Assembly: GCA_009694585.1 (NCBI GenBank)
Contig: SHUQ01000004.1
Coordinates: 1 to 54,611, forward strand
Direction of reading: 5' to 3'
DNA: 54,611 nucleotides
Source of the DNA: Candidatus Nanopelagicales bacterium
GTDB lineage: Bacteria > Actinomycetota > Actinomycetes > S36-B12
Shown here: piece by piece, positions 53,484 to 54,611 of the stretch
Position numbering within the stretch: position 1 is the first letter of the stretch
Layout of the letters: each line of letters opens with the position of its first letter
Notes under the pieces: model-generated
What the model was told of the DNA's origin: nothing
Databases searched by the model: none
The model's input: the letters and a program-made list of their open reading frames with translations, nothing else
Made by a program: the position numbers and the translations under genes

Positions 53484-54611
53484 ATGAGCGTCACTACCGC
53501 AAAAGGCTTTCGGGCCTCCGGAGTGCGGGCGGGTATTAAGGAGTCTGGGGCACCAGATGTGGCGCTGGTGGCAAACGATGGACCACTATGCGTCGCAGCA
53601 GGGGTATTTACCGCCAACAGATTCAAGGCGGCACCGGTGCTTTGGTCACAGCAGGCGGTGGCCGACGGCGAACTGCGTGCGGTGGTATTGAACTCCGGTG
53701 GGGCAAATGCTTGTACCGGGTCGCCTGGATTTGTTGATACCCATCAAACAGCCGAACGAGTTGCGCAGTTACTGGAAATTAGCGCCGGTGATGTCGCCGT
53801 GTGCTCAACGGGACTGATCGGTGAACGATTGCCGATGGCCAAGATCCTTACGGGTGTCGACAAGGCGGTTGCTGAACTAGACATTGACGGGGGAGGTGAC
53901 GCCGCGACCGCCATCATGACCACCGACAGTGTTCCCAAACTGGCTGAAATTCACCTCGGTGGTTACGCAATCGGTGGCATGGCCAAGGGTGCCGGCATGA
54001 TTGCACCAGCTTTGGCGACGATGCTCGTGGTTGTTACCACTGATGCAGTGATTACCGCAGAGCAGGCCGATTCTGCATTGCGGTCAGCAACCGGAGTTAC
54101 TTTTGACCGCATAGATTCTGATGGCTGCATGTCAACCAATGACACGGTGCTGCTCTTGTCTAGTGGAGCAAGTGGGGTAACTCCGAATATTGAAGAGTTC
54201 ACCGCTGCACTTACCGGCGTGTGTTGGGATTTGGCCGGCCAAATTATCGCCGACGCCGAGGGCGCATCAAAAAATATCGCCATTGTGGTGGATGAGGCCT
54301 TAACTGCTGACGATGCGGTTGAGGTGGCCCGGGCAATCGCCCGGAGCAATCTATTGAAGTGCGCAATCCACGGTGCGGACCCGAATTGGGGCCGAGTCCT
54401 GTCTGCGATTGGCACCACGAATGCGGTATTTAATCCAGATCTAGTTGATGTTGCCATCAATGGCATTTGGATCTGCAAGGGCGGTGCGATCGGAGTCGAT
54501 CGGGATTTGGTTAATTTGAGTGGCCGGGCAGTTGAGATACGGGTTGCACTGCGCGCCGGCGCCGAATCTGCCACGGTGCTCACCAACGACTTGACTGCCG
54601 AATACGTCCAC
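53484..54611 (+). CDS. argJ: ornithine acetyltransferase / N-acetylglutamate synthase (runs off the window, missing from the ORF track)
   Basis: Read by eye from ATG 53484: MSVTTAKGFRASG...NSGGANACTG...MTTD...KGAGMIAPALATML...DGCMSTND...DPNWGR...NDLTAEYVH. Confidence 0.95.
   Translation, partial: MSVTTAKGFRASGVRAGIKESGAPDVALVANDGPLCVAAGVFTANRFKAAPVLWSQQAVADGELRAVVLNSGGANACTGSPGFVDTHQTAERVAQLLEISAGDVAVCSTGLIGERLPMAKILTGVDKAVAELDIDGGGDAATAIMTTDSVPKLAEIHLGGYAIGGMAKGAGMIAPALATMLVVVTTDAVITAEQADSALRSATGVTFDRIDSDGCMSTNDTVLLLSSGASGVTPNIEEFTAALTGVCWDLAGQIIADAEGASKNIAIVVDEALTADDAVEVARAIARSNLLKCAIHGADPNWGRVLSAIGTTNAVFNPDLVDVAINGIWICKGGAIGVDRDLVNLSGRAVEIRVALRAGAESATVLTNDLTAEYVH

Noticed and set aside
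1-54611. CRISPR arrays, tRNA/rRNA genes, tandem repeats, frameshifted pseudogenes
   Set aside because: None seen; intergenic gaps are mostly too short and recognised genes appear full length, except argJ which is cut by the window edge.

Overview
Core-genome segment of an actinobacterium (Actinomycetota), judged from gene order, protein signatures and many leaderless TANNNT promoters. It is very densely coded, and all recognised genes but one lie on the + strand. Order: hisI, trpE, two small membrane genes, an inserted OmpR/HAMP-kinase two-component pair, DUF2752-like gene, trpCBA, dsbA-like, lgt, gltBD, pyk, pyrR-B-C-carAB-pyrK-D-F, gmk, rpoZ, coaBC, metK, priA, def, fmt, rsmB, rpe, ribD-E-BA-H, hisE-G, sseB-like (minus), CynX-like MFS, infC-rpmI-rplT, TrmH-family methylase, a three-gene cassette, pheST, argC and argJ (truncated at the window end). 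No tRNA, rRNA, CRISPR array or mobile element was seen. The most unusual element is the translationally coupled cassette at 45244-48808. It pairs an unrecognised protein carrying a 2OG/Fe(II) dioxygenase-like HxD...H...R motif with a NodPQ/proteobacterial-type PAPS synthase (CysD plus CysN-CysC fusion). It sits inside the translation gene cluster with no reductase or sulfotransferase in the window. Other points of interest are structured leaders before gltB and infC, the non-canonical ATC start of infC, a PyrR site covering the pyrR ribosome-binding site, and the absence of mIHF between pyrF and gmk. All identifications come from motif recognition by eye; no searches were run.
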